Under the pieces are notes generated by a model that saw nothing but the letters and a program-made list of their open reading frames with translations, did not search any database and was not told where the DNA came from. A DNA stretch of 64,000 bases from Eledone cirrhosa (taxonomy: Eukaryota). Positions 45,679-58,911 of this stretch are shown here, one piece after another. A program made the position numbers and the translations under genes. The stretch is taken from contig OZ024748.1 of assembly GCA_964016885.1 (NCBI GenBank), positions 55,614,001 through 55,678,000 on the forward strand, given 5' to 3'. How positions within the stretch are numbered: position 1 is the stretch's first letter; every line of letters begins with the position of its first letter.

Positions 45679-46058
45679 TAAACCAGCAGAAACTGCAGTA
45701 AGTTTATGTATAACTATTTCTATATATTTAAATTGTCATTAAGCAAGATTATGCTGTTCATATTTTGTGCGCGTGTATATAGATTTATATGGGTATGTGA
45801 TTCTATCAAATATATGCAACTGAGTATATACATATTTCTATGCACATGTGAACGTTTATTGTTTGTTTTTATGGTGCATAATGTGTGGAATTGTGTTTAA
45901 ACCATTTGGTTTGTTTCTATGCAATTTTACATGTGAATAAATGTTTAAGTGTTGATAAGCATGTAACATTTTATTCTAGAAAACATAGTTGTGGTTTAAG
46001 ATTACTCTTTTTTTCATGGACTTTCTCACAGACTTCACCTCTTAATGACGATATTATT

Positions 46059-46059
<1 letters not shown>

Positions 46060-46142
<83 letters not shown>

Positions 46143-46248
46143 CACACATATGTACAATATGTATATATATATATATATACACATATGTACAATATGTATA
46201 TATATATACACATATGTACAATATGTATATATATATACATATGTACAG

Positions 46249-46281
<33 letters not shown>

Positions 46282-46376
46282 GTACAATATGTATATATAT
46301 ATACATATGTACAGTATATATATATATATATATATACACATATGTACAATATGTATATATATATACATATGTACAG

Positions 46377-46432
<56 letters not shown>
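46060..46432. repeat. (CA)n followed by a TA-based minisatellite (catatgtaca unit)
   Basis: Direct reading. Confidence 0.9.
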
Positions 46433-46721
46433 CCTATTCTATATAATAATAAGTGTTAAATCCACATATTTACATAAGAATGTTTATTAAATAACAAAGA
46501 ACAGCAAGAGTAAATAAGCAATATATACAATTAGATCCTATTGGCTTATTGAGAGATTTCACCGCTCTCACTTGCAATAATTTCGTTCATTTTGATAGAA
46601 AATAATCTTTTAAAACTCAGTTTTGCAATTACACTTTAATTATTTAAGCATTTATATGTTGTGTAGAGAAATTCCTCTTGTTGTATACATGTATAAGCCA
46701 ATATATTTATAATATTTCTTT

Positions 46722-46893
46722 TATCGGTAGAGGGGCGGACGCCATGATTTGCAGCATAGAGTTACGGCCCATTATGATCTGAGTTCAAATCCCGCCGAGG
46801 TTCACTTTGCCTTTCATCCTTACGGGATCGATAAAATAGAGTACCAGTAATTCATTGGAATAATTGCTGACCTTGTGTCAAAAGTAGAAACAA
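46722..46893 (+). mobile_element. SINE family A, short form
   Basis: tatcggtagaggggcggacgccatg...gagttcaaatcccgccgagg...aaaagtagaaacaa. Confidence 0.9.
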
Positions 46894-48249
46894 ATATTTC
46901 TTTTCTGTTTTACAATATGTCTTGCTGATTCTTTGTTAGTTCTCCCAGCCCTATGGAACACGAAATATGTTATACCCTCTGTTCAATTGACTTATATCAC
47001 CAGTAATTAATATGTTATGCTATTTTTCCTACTGAATATAGCTTACAATTTCTTAACTTGTACACTGACATTTAAGTTTTCTTTAAGGACTGGTGTCTCT
47101 AACAGTTTTTTATTTTATCTAGGTTAAGTGGTTAGCTGTTAATATACTACTGTGAGAATGTATCACACCTTCTTCCTCACTTCCTAGGGTATGTAATTTA
47201 AGTTAAACAACAAACTACATTTTTATTGTAAATGTGATATCACTCGACACTACAATGATCAGTAACATCTACTCCATTGGAGATGTTTCGCCCTAGGCTA
47301 AATCTTATCGAGCTCATTTATACTCAAAGATATTGTAACTATAACCATTTTCACATTTTAGGGATATCCATAACTACATTATATAATACTTTTATTTTAA
47401 GACGGCAATATTTTATATGAGGGAAATAGGACTATTTTTTGGTGAAAAAAAGCCACTGAAAATAGAAGTCACAGCAAAGTGGTGTTCTTGATTCAAGGAT
47501 TTGTTATTCGAACGAGACATTCAATAGAAGACATGCGAAAAGGTTTTCAGCAAATGGTGGTCAGTCATTTCGTCTCGCGTAGCGTTTAGAAAATGCCATT
47601 AACTCGTAGTTGAATGAGCTCGAGTAAGAACTAGTGTTTTATGTTTCTTTCAGGTTATAATTCAGGCTGCTTTTTACATTTATCCTTTCAGAGTGCTCAG
47701 GTATACTGTTTCGTGGTTTTGTACCACAATACGCAGAGGAAAATAGTCACATCACACTGCTATATGTTAAATGTACTGATAAGCTTTTCTAGTGATAGAA
47801 CAAGAGCTGAAATATAATGTAAGTATATCGCTTTTATCAGATAATAACTAGTAATTGTATTTGCTATGAGACTGCTTCTTATTGTGAATAATACTTGTCT
47901 GAAACTCTTACACGTATTCATTCCAAACTCTATGTGACTTTCGATGCTGTTGTCCCTGAGCTTTAAATATATTAAGACCTGATCTTTAAAATGGCAGACA
48001 ATATGAGTATAACTGTTTTGTTGTGTTGAATGATGACTTTTTTTCAGAGACGTTTATTTTACTGGCGATATGTTGATACAAGCAGCTAGACATATACTGT
48101 GTAATATTGAAACGATCGTATTGTACAGCATTAATAAAGAGATACAATATATATTTCGTTTTTTCTCTCTCTCTCTCTCTCTCTCTCTGTAACTATTGGT
48201 ATCACTTTTTTTCTTCCTCTCACTGTTGCTCTCTCTCTCTAAGTGTATG

Positions 48250-48355
<106 letters not shown>

Positions 48356-49689
48356 TGTGTGTGTCTATATATATATATCCGTATTTATGTAACTAAAATT
48401 ATCATCTCAATCGATGGTAAACCCACATTCATCATAGTCATGAATAATCGGGAAAACGTTTCTAATCTCCAAGAACGGATGAGATTAGCAGCAAATCAAT
48501 ATGGTCATGTTGTTTTGCATAACAAGAGGTGCACTTATGTATGCAGCTATGAGATTTGTTTGCATGCAATGTCTTTTATTGAAGATAATTACTTTTATGT
48601 CGAGCGCAAGACAAATGAGCTTCATACTTATTGTCTAGCAGGATGTCTATAAGAAAGGTTATCCATAGCAACATACATATATATTATATATATTATGTAC
48701 GTTTATATATATATATATAATGTTGTGTGTATATATATAATATATATATGTTTGTGTATGTATATACGTGTGTGTATGCATGTATATATATATGTTTGTG
48801 TATGTATGTATGTATCTATATATATATATATGTTTGTGTATGTGTGTATGTATATGTATATATATATATATGTGTGCATGTGTATGCATATATGTGCGTA
48901 TGCATGTATATATATATATATGTTTGTCTATGTATATATACATGTGTGTATGTATGTATATATATATATATGTGTGCATGTGTATGTATGTATGTGTGTA
49001 TGCATGTATATATGTGTATGCATGTATATATGTATGTGTGTGTATGCATGTATATATATATATATGTGTGTGTATGTATGTATACACACACAAACACACA
49101 CTAAAACACGTACTACTGACTGTGTGGATATGTGTATGTTCTAACAAAGAATAAGATAGGTATAGTTTGAGAAGCAATGGATGATAAGTAGAGGGAAAAA
49201 CTAGTGTGTAAAGAGAAAGATAGAATGTTTTTACTATTGCGTGGTATCGTAGAATACATTTCAAATTCGAGTTGAATCGTCTAGTGGCCAGGAGAATAAT
49301 GCTACTTAGAACCCCTGCTTTACTAAACTACCTCACACAGACAGACAGAGAGATAGACAGACAGTGAATGAGAGAGAGAGAGGGACAGTGAATGAGAGAA
49401 AGAGAGACAGACAAACAGTGAATGAGAGAGAGAGAGAGAGGGAGACAAACAGTGAATGAGAGAGAGAGAGACAAACAGTGAATGAGAGAGAGAGAGAAAG
49501 AAAAGGAGGATAGAAAGCAAGCAGACAGAGAGAGAGAAAGAGGACAGTGAGAGAGATAGAAAGAGAAGGACAGCGAGTGTGATAGAGACAGACGAGCAGA
49601 CAAATACACATATATATATAAAAACAAAAGAAAACTTCTAGATATATGTGCTTACATCATAATCCATGAGAACATTGTGTCTGTTCGAA

Positions 49690-49858
49690 GTATCAGTAGA
49701 GGGTCGGACATGCTTTCCAGCGTGGTTACGGCCCTTGCCATTCTGAGTTCAAATCCCCCCAAGGTTGACTTTGCCTTTCATCCTTACGGGGTCGATAAAA
49801 TAAAGTACCAGTAATGCACTGGGTAATGCTGGCCTTGTGCCAAAAGTAGAAACAATTA
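49690..49858 (+). mobile_element. SINE family A, short form
   Basis: agtatcagtagagggtcggac...gagttcaaatcc...ccaaaagtagaaacaatt. Confidence 0.9.
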
Positions 49859-50442
49859 TATCTGTTTGATCACAAACGAAATAACGTATCGTTACAATTT
49901 CAACGTGAAAGAAATTCCTGTGGTACAAAACCTGTGTTTAAATTAGTTAGCAGTGATCACATTATATATGTGGTGAATACTTTTGCTTGACTCGCTTTCA
50001 ATAACATAAGTTTTATTTGGGTTATAGCAAGTAAAATTATTAAAGCACCCTCCTACACACACACGTTAATTAATATATCTCAGTATTGAGTACTTATATT
50101 CGTCCCACCTCCAGTAACCCACAAGTTTACGGAAATAATTGAAGAAACGAATATACATATACATATATATTAACTTATTTTATTTTATTACTCTCATATA
50201 ATGTTTAACCCTAATCATCAGATCTGTTGCATACCTGTAGCTCAATATATAATCATATCATGCAGCCGTTACGTGATCCTGCAATTCTAATATGTTGTTT
50301 AACTGAAATATCTTCAAATATTTGCAACTGCACCCATAGATTTGAGAATACCTCAATTTCTGAATCATCCTGCAAAGGATGAAATAAAAGGTTGTGTTAA
50401 AGTCTATCTGTTTAAAAAAATGTGCTTTGCTGTTAAATATTG

Positions 50443-50504
<62 letters not shown>

Positions 50505-50705
50505 TTTACATCTCAAATGCATCCAATTTCTTAAGATACACATATAGGCATTTTCTATTTACAATATTTCCTTGTATTTCTGCACGGGTGAACTTTCAAG
50601 AGAATGGTCAATTTGTGGCTTGGCCTCACTGGCGCATTTTTGGGGTGTGCTCCTTGACTCTCGGGTTTGCAATATATATATATTATATATATACACACAT
50701 ACATA

Positions 50706-50870
50706 CCGTATTTCCCCGCGCCGAAGAGGCTTCGTCCTCGAGGATGCATCCTAATTTTGACAATCAAAAATTTGAAAAAAATAATAAACAACCTTCGGCC
50801 TCCAGGTCGCATGGTATATTTTTGAGACTTATTTGAGGGAAAATGTAGCGTCTTCGACGTCGGGAAATAC

Positions 50871-50872
<2 letters not shown>
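50706..50872. mobile_element. pogo/Tc2-like MITE
   Basis: TIRs ccgtatttcccc..gccgaaga / tcttcgacgtcgggaaatacgg, with TA on both sides. Confidence 0.8.
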
Positions 50873-50920
<48 letters not shown>

Positions 50921-52679
50921 TTTTTAATAGATGATCCTTTTCGCATTTCGATTCTTTGTACACTACATATTTCTGGTTTTGGTTGTCAAGCCTTTTAGCT
51001 AAACGTAGTTTAAATCGTCAAGACACAAAAGCCCAATCTCTCTTCCGATTGTAGATTACGTTTCGTCAGCGATTAAATATTTTAATTATTACAATTTTAA
51101 TGAATATTCTATTTTCAATAGTTTTACACTTGGAAAGGTGGGGCAACGCTTTTGAACTGAACAGCACGAGGTGAATTTGTAAATATACAGCCGTTTGCCC
51201 CTGTGACAGGTGGGAAACTGAGACGCAGTAAATAAGGCGGGAAGAAGATATCAACCCAGCTGATCATTTGCAGCTGCTTGTACGACATTTTCAAAGTGTC
51301 TTAATCAATTGTTCAATTAGATGATTACAGCTATTTAAAACGCTGTAATTAAAACCACTTTCATCATAACTGCGGTAAGCAGAGAATAGCTTTAAATGTA
51401 ATTTACATTCTAAATAAATAATTGTACAAGCTTTTAAATTTGATAGGCAGTAAGCTATGTTTCCTTACAAAGTATTTCAGCCGTCTCCAGCTCAGTAAGT
51501 TAATTATGATACTCAAGTAACGAAATGTGAGTAATTCTACATATTCATTTATGTCAGTTGAATAGAGGGCAACATTGAATTTTAACCCATTATGGAAAAG
51601 ATGTTTTAACAAATACTGCAAAAACCATTTCTTATTCGCTCAACAAACCTACCGAATACAATGTACCGATAATGCTATAAAACAAGAGGCATTGCAATAC
51701 AGATGTTGATTGAGGTAATAGTCAGTTACATAGTCTATATTAATTCAAACATTTTAATATTTTGGAATTTCGAAAATGTGAAAGCTAGCATCGAGATCAA
51801 TTGGATAGGAACTCAATAGCCTAACCGATATGAAGATGTATTAGAATAGATTTTGATCAACACTGTATCGTACAGCTATTGCCATGAGAACAAAGGATGT
51901 ACGAATGTAGAACAAAGAAGATATTCTTATATAATATATTTATTTTCATATATATATATATATATATATATATGTGAAAATAAATTTACAAATCATCTTT
52001 TCATATTTCTTCATTATGAAATACATAGGAATGTTCCAGTTGGATACATATGAATTAATATGTTGAACAAACTTTCGCTGTAATTTAATCACTTTAAGTT
52101 ACTACTAAAAATATAAAAGACAGTAACAAAAATATATATATATACAACAAGTGAAGCAAACTCATGCATACATAATTTAACCGTATTTAATTGAATAGAC
52201 TAATTTCTTTTCATAAACTGTTACAATGAAACAAATGTTTCGTTGTTAATATTTAGGAGTGTTGTAGCTATCCAATAAAACATCACACAATTATCTTTTT
52301 TTGAAATTCAAAAGAAACCAGGACAGTTTGAATATATCTTCAGTCTGGTAGTTAGTTATTTACCGTTGACTAATTACCTATATATCTATCTGTCTGTCTG
52401 CTGAATGTATTTAACAATAACTATATCCAGCTGCTCTCCTAATTTTTTTCTCTTTCACTTTTTTTCTGTCTCCGAGATTAGAGTGTTGGTCGTATATCTG
52501 TTTTAGGGTGAACTGCGCTAAACACATTCAATGGCCAGAGTTTGTGTAAAACTAGATGACGGTTTAAGCCTAAAATATCTGAAAACAAAAATAGAAAGTA
52601 CGACCCCTTTTACATTCATACAGAGAGCTTGATTCTACTAAATTGACTAAGAATATTTTGGTTGAGCGTGATTATAGTA

Positions 52680-52877
52680 CAGGGTGGTCCGAAAGTCTTG
52701 TCACCCCTACATATTGTTTTAACTTTAATTATTTTTTATTTTAATAATATAATATAAAATATCATTAATTTTAATATATGATTTTAATCATTTAAGCCAA
52801 CATTCGTCAACGAAATATGCGATAACGACATGGACAAAAGACGTGGTAGGGGGTAACAATATTTTCAGACCACCCTG
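52680..52877. mobile_element. Tc1/mariner-type MITE
   Basis: ta|cagggtggtccgaaagtcttgtcacccc ... gggggtaacaatattttcagaccaccctg|ta. Confidence 0.8.
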
Positions 52878-53307
52878 TAGAATATACGTACCCAATGATC
52901 CACGTGTTGGGATCGAACCCGTTGCCAAAGTTTCGGAAAATGCCATTAGAATAGGATTCCTCTATATTATTCCTCCTCTCAGCATTTTGTATGTAGTAAT
53001 ATTTGTAATTCTGTATTTCCTTAATGTATCCGTTATTCCGTTCCTTAAACTTATATACAGGGTGGTCCGAATGTCTTGTCACCCCTACCAGAAAGTAATG
53101 AGAAACAGTTTATGTTCCCATCGCAGTATCGTCCTCTTCGGAGGAGCTGCTTTGCCGAATCTTGCAGTGAAGTAATGTCACACATCCTCCATGCTCTTAC
53201 CAGAATACACACGATCATGTCTCCGTACACATACAAGCAGCCTCTTTTCCAAACTTTAGTAGCTCTGAAATAAATAGAAAATTATATTATTATTATTATT
53301 ACCCCGG

Positions 53308-54022
53308 CCGGTGGATTGGCAGTATCAGTAGAAGGTCGGACGCCATGGTAGGGCGGTGGATTGGCAGTATCAGTAGAGGGTCGGACGCCATGTTAGGGCA
53401 GTGGATTGGCAGTATCAGTAGAGGGTCGGACGCCATGTTAGGGCAGTGGATTGGCAGTATCAGTAGAGGGTCGGACGCCATGGTAGGGCGGTGGATTGGC
53501 AGTATCGGTAGAGGGTCGGACGCCATGGTAGGGCGGTGGATTGGCAGTATCGGTAGAGGGTCGGACGCCATGGTAGGGCGGTGGATTGGCAGTATCGGTA
53601 GAGGGTCGGACGCCATGGTAGGGCGGTGGATTGGCAGTATCGGTAGAGGGTCGGACGCCATGGTAGGGCGGTGGATTGGCAGTATCGGTAGAGGGTCGGA
53701 CGCCATGGTAGGGCGGTGGATTGGCAGTATCGGTAGAGGGTCGGACGCCATGGTAGGGCGGTGGATTGGCAGTATCGGTAGAGGGTCGGACGCCATGGTA
53801 GGGCGGTGGATTGGCAGTATCGGTAGAGGGTCGGACGCCATGGTAGGGCGGTGGATTGGCAGTATCGGTAGAGGGTCGGACGCCATGGTAGGGCGGTGGA
53901 TTGGCAGTATCGGTAGAGGGTCGGACGCCATGGTAGGGCGGTGGATTGGCAGTATCGGTAGAGGGTCGGACGCCATGGTAGGGCGGTGGATTGGCAGTAT
54001 CGGTAGAGGGTCGGACGCCATG
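53308..54022 (+). repeat. 16 x 45-bp tandem array of the SINE A 5' head
   Basis: Unit gtggattggcagtatcggtagagggtcggacgccatggtagggcg at 53311+45n; the last unit (53986) continues into a full SINE body ending about 54170. Confidence 0.95.
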
Positions 54023-54170
54023 CTTTCCAGCATAGTTACGTCCCTTTACGATCTGAGTTCAAATCCCGCCGAGGTTGACTTTGCCTTTCATCCTTACGAG
54101 GTCGATCAAATAAAGTACCAGTAATGCACTGGGTATTTGCTGGCCTTGTGCCTAAAGTAGAAACAATTAT
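53983..54170 (+). mobile_element. SINE family A, short form
   Basis: A-box, B-box gagttcaaatcc, central domain and (att)n tail. Confidence 0.9.
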
Positions 54171-54192
54171 TATTATTATCATATATTATTAA

Positions 54193-54412
54193 AGGGCGGT
54201 GGATTGGCAGTATCGGTAGAGGGTCGGACGCCATGCTTTGCAGTATAGAGTTACGGACCTTTATGATCTGAGTTCAAATCCCGCCGAGGTTAACTTTGCC
54301 TTTCATCCTTACGCGGTCGATAAAATATAGTACCAGTCACGCACTGGGGTCGATTTAATAGACTTTCCCCTACTCTCAAATTACTGGCCTTGTGGCTATA
54401 TAAGAAACCATT
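54193..54412 (+). mobile_element. SINE family A, long form, full length
   Basis: gggcggtggattggcagtatcgg...gagttcaaatcccgccgagg...ggggtcgatttaatagactttcccc...ggccttgtgg. Confidence 0.92.
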
Positions 54413-54524
54413 ATTATCATATATTATAATTAATGATATATTATATTATTAAAACAGAAAAAAATGAAATATAAAACAATATGTGACACGGGGTGACAAG
54501 ACTTCCGGACCACGTCAGGTTATT

Positions 54525-54835
54525 TCAGTAGTTCTCTGTTTTGTGTCTATTCCCTCTGATGTTTGGATTTCTGTTTATGCTTCTCCCTTTATATGTATAT
54601 TTCTTGGGATGATTCCGGCTTTCTCCGGGATGATTAAGGTACGTCCGGGTGTGGGGTCTATTTTTACTCCTTTTTGTCTATTTATGTGTAGAAATGGTGA
54701 ATGTTTTCTTGGAAATCTTCTGATTATTCTTTCTTCAAAATTTCTGTCTAAGTCTCGTCTATATTGGCGTTTTCTTTGATAAGTAGAATATTGTAGTAGT
54801 GATGTGTGGGTAGTCCCAGAGTGGGCTTTCGTGTT
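54525..54835 (-). pseudogene. Possible second PLE GIY-YIG C-terminal fragment
   Basis: Start-less open frame of about 100 codons: ...DLDRNFEERIIRRFPRKHSPFLHINRQKGVKIDP..., resembling the R-x2-E-x3-I...N-R-x2-G motif. Confidence 0.35.
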
Positions 54836-55919
54836 GATTTTTCATTCCTTAAAAAAAAAAAGGATTTTCGTCACTGTCTTCTCTTTTTCAATTCATATTC
54901 TATTATATATACATATATACTCTACCTATTACATATATATCGGACGAATGAAACAGTTCTAGTCCTGTAGAAGTTATTTCTATATAAGATAAAAAATATG
55001 TGTCTGTCAGTCGGAGAGAGAGAGAAGGAAAGACGAGTTTTTATCTATAATATATATATGTATATTTATTATATGAACATATTAAAGTTTAAGCTAAGAA
55101 TCGCTGCTTTAATCTGTTCTTATAATAAATATTTGCTCTACGGGTTATATATATATATATATATATAACATATTAATATATGTGGTTGTATGCTCGCATA
55201 AACGTCCTCCAATCAGTCACGCAGGCATACACACACTAAATGAGAATGCTAGTCGGGAGACATGTGCATGGCGCCTTTTCATGTGATTGACATGTTTGCA
55301 ATACAAGGTTCATTAACCTGTGTCGATGAAGTACAAACTTCAGCTACACACACATACAGATAGAGAGGAAGTATTTTACATGTTTGAAAGCTTCTCTGTC
55401 TTCATAGATATATTCTCACGGACTATTACTGTTAACTCACCTTGTGTGCCCTTTTTCTAATGGTTCTTATCTCTGCTTTTCCGTTCAAAACTCCTTACTC
55501 TATTTCATGATTTTTTAAATTCTGCTGAGATCGATTTCAGCTCTCACTCTCGGGATTTCCAGAAAAAAATTAAGTACTCCTCAAATACTAAATTCAGTTT
55601 AAGCAACCTTTCCTTCCCCCGAAATATGTGGCCATGTACAATTATAATAAATTAGTATCCCGTATTGCCAGTTAAGGAGGAAAATGCTTTGTATTGGATG
55701 TTTCTATTATAATTTATTTCGTTTGTTTTTTAAATATTAGCTATAATATTGCATATGTGGCAAGTTTTAGAAGAGTAATTTGTTTGAGAAGCTCTGTTGA
55801 GAATCAAGATAACATATACAAGGTACTCATATATGGGTCCCTGTGAATAGTAGCCTTCATGTAATAACCTCCACGGCCCTCTGTTCGTATAACGAGATAA
55901 AATGTGTCTAATGACTGTA

Positions 55920-56200
55920 ATGACTGTAAGAACATATGACAAATAGAAACACTACAAAACCAACAACATTGTATTTGTCATATGTTCTTACAGTCATATA
56001 TATATGTAAATCCAGCCATGCAATATTAGTAATATAACTTTCTCATCCTTAAGTTGGTTTTTGGAACATAGTTCAAGAAAGATATTTATCTAAAAGATCC
56101 ACCATTATACGTCTAAGTAAATATCTTTCTTGAACTATGTTCCAAAAACCAACTTAAGGATGAGAAAGTTATATTACTAATATTGCATGGCTGGATTTAC
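55920..56200. repeat. Twin hairpins flanking a short TA tract
   Basis: Inverted repeat about 55920-55945 / 55972-55997 and perfect ~83-bp inverted repeat 56006-56088 / 56118-56200. Confidence 0.9.
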
Positions 56201-57274
56201 TTCGCGAACCCTCGATTAACTGGTTATTCTTGATAGGATCGAGGACATAAGCAACTAAGCAAAAGTCCTGCGATCGGTATAATCTATGAAAATACAATTG
56301 AAATGTTTGAAAAAATATCATTAAAGTATATTAAAAGAACTCTATGAAAAAATGATTTAATGTAATTCATTAGAGAGCAAATACGATTAGCAGAGTTTTA
56401 AACAAATTGTTTGCCCTAATTGTACCGGTTATTTGAGTCCCGAGTTCAACTATCAGCGAAATAAACTCTAACATTTAACTTTCTGATGTAGGTAAAATAG
56501 AGTGCCAGTAAGGAACTGGAATATGAGTTTTTCTCTCAGGATCAGCTGCACTTCTGTCCGAGAAGAACTCGGGTGACTCTTTGGGGGAAAGTTTCAGAGT
56601 ATCTCTTTCCTTCTTAACGAAAACTTCCACTAAATTACAATGTAAAAATATATGGCCGCCAAAGACGTGGGTGTGTATAACACCTGATAAATGTGAAACT
56701 AACTAGAGCAATACACATGGCAGCCTAAAGACAAAAAGATATATGTTAGATGGGTGTATCAGAGTGTAGTTTTAGTCATAGTGATATAATGAAAAGCAAT
56801 TAAATGATAGGTATGTATGGCGCCCAGACTATCTTTGTAAAAGCAAAAAAGTAAACATCACAAAAGCGTTTTCTTTTTTAATCTCGTGATAAACATACTT
56901 ATATTACAATTAATTAGAGAAAACTCGTAATAAAATGCTGGAAAGCCTTAATTGATAACGTCATTGTAGGGGGTAAGTAATTAACTTTATACTTTATTTT
57001 ATGATTTTGTATCTTCTAGATGTTTTCGGTTATATCAGACCGTTTCCTTTTTCCTCAGACTTAAGGAGATAATTATATAAAATCGGAGACAACAAAACAA
57101 TAAAAAATGTAGCTGTTGAGGTCAGAATAATATACTTGCGTGTGTGTTTATTTGAGCAACTTACGATGTGTTCATATATATATATATAGAGAAAGTTTTA
57201 TATATACTCATAAACTATATCTATCTATTTACCTACGTATCTATCTATCTACCTACCTATCTCTATCTACCTAG

Positions 57275-57565
57275 TGACGAGAATGGCTCGAGTGAATGGG
57301 CCTTCTCTCTATATCAGCCTGTAGGTGAGAGTGGAAAAGAAAGAGGAACGGATGGGAGCACCTGCTCTTTGTGCTTCTGAGGAGGAGGGTTGCACATGTT
57401 TTTCGGGGGTGTGTGCGACCCACGTCAACGCCCCTTCCCTATTGAGGACTTCGATTGTTGAATTTTATTTGCTATATGTTTTTACACGTGCTTTGAAATG
57501 TATGTAACCCCCCCCCCTGTATTTGTCCCAATCGTTGATGCCCTGGTGGCAAATAAATAGAAAGT
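57275..57565 (+). mobile_element. Possible LINE (L1/Tx1-like) 3' end inserted in (TATC)n
   Basis: GC-richer island ending ggcaaataaatagaaag, with (tatc/tacc)n on both sides. Family assignment is tentative. Confidence 0.35.
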
Positions 57566-57717
57566 TATCTATCTACCAATCTATCTACCGACCTACCTAC
57601 ATATCTCTCTCTCTCTATCTATCTATCTATCTACCTAGCTGTATATATACCTATCTCTCTCTCTACCTCTCTCTCTCTTGCGATAGATAGATATACACAT
57701 ACACACACTCTATGTGC

Positions 57718-57750
<33 letters not shown>

Positions 57751-58637
57751 TATATATAGAGAGAGAGATAGATATAGCATTCGCACTCTCTATATGTGTA
57801 TATATATATAGAGAGAGTTATATATATATATACACACATACAAACTCTGTCTATGTGTAGATAGAGAGTGTGTATGTGTGTGCATTTGTGCTCATCCATG
57901 TGTGCACACATTTGCGTGAGAAAGTGTGAATAGGAGGGGAACCCCCCCCCCCCCTGCATTTGTTATGTTATCGTTCATTAACCAGTCACTTGCTTAATCG
58001 TCTTTGTTTACTTTCTTACTTAAAGTTTTAGTAAGAAAACTATCGCTTACTTAACGTTCCAGCTGCCATCAAATTAGATACCGCAACTCTTGTTTTCACT
58101 AATGAAAGCAAAACATGTTGTTTCTGTCTTATTTGGCAGGTATTCGAAAAATCTGGAGTATTCCAATTACAGTGAACTTAACATATCAGTCGAGTTCACG
58201 GCATTCAGACACACGTACCAATTCCTTTATGTTTTTGTTCGTACGCAGATACATACTTATATATATGAAAGTAAAGATAATTACAGAATTACGGTGTCGT
58301 GTCAAGTATATAAAGCATATAGATATGCACACACCCATACAAAAACGAACCCGTACAATGTTTCCTCACAATGTGAGGTATGTATGCATGTAAACATTAT
58401 ATATATATAGTATATATATAAATATAGTATATAAAGTATATATATATAGTATATATATATATATATAGCTTATTTAATAGCCTTTGCTTTCAGTACATCT
58501 TTCCTTGGCCCTTTTCCACTCTAGTAACACACCTCATTAAATCATACACTCTGTATTCACACATGGATGCAACAAACGAAAACGTAGGTGAAGCAACACC
58601 GAGTTTATGATTGTAATGATGATCATCATTATGGTAA

Positions 58638-58737
58638 TAATTGTTTCTACTTTTGGCACAAGGCCAGCAATTAACCAGTACATTACTGGTACTTTATTTT
58701 ATTGACCCCGTAAGGATGAAAGGCAAAGTTAACCTTG
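58638..58737 (-). mobile_element. SINE family A, 5'-truncated
   Basis: aattgtttctacttttggcacaaggccagc...aaggcaaagttaacct. Confidence 0.85.
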
Positions 58738-58866
58738 ATATTGAAAGTGTAACTATGTTTTATTAGTGATGATATTTAGTGCAGTAGTAATGGTAGATTA
58801 CTAATGCTTTCTATCTGGAAACATTCCATCAGAGCAAAAACGTAAAGAACACACACTAATACACTA

Positions 58867-58911
<45 letters not shown>

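Larger units (their letters stand above)
53058..54514. mobile_element. Second element of the same TIR family, interrupted by SINE insertions
   Basis: TIR cagggtggtccgaatgtcttgtcacccc at 53058; inverted TIR ggggtgacaagacttccggaccac at about 54490-54513. 54420-54485 is the reverse complement of 52710-52777. Confidence 0.65.

Noticed and set aside
53299-54124. 45-bp array as a CRISPR array or a repeat protein
   Set aside because: No unique spacers or cas genes; the unit is the SINE head found elsewhere in the window.
56205-56280. Other small ribozyme (twister or HDV-like) in the gatcgaggac...gtcctgcgatc hairpin
   Set aside because: Diagnostic conserved nucleotides and pseudoknots were not identifiable.
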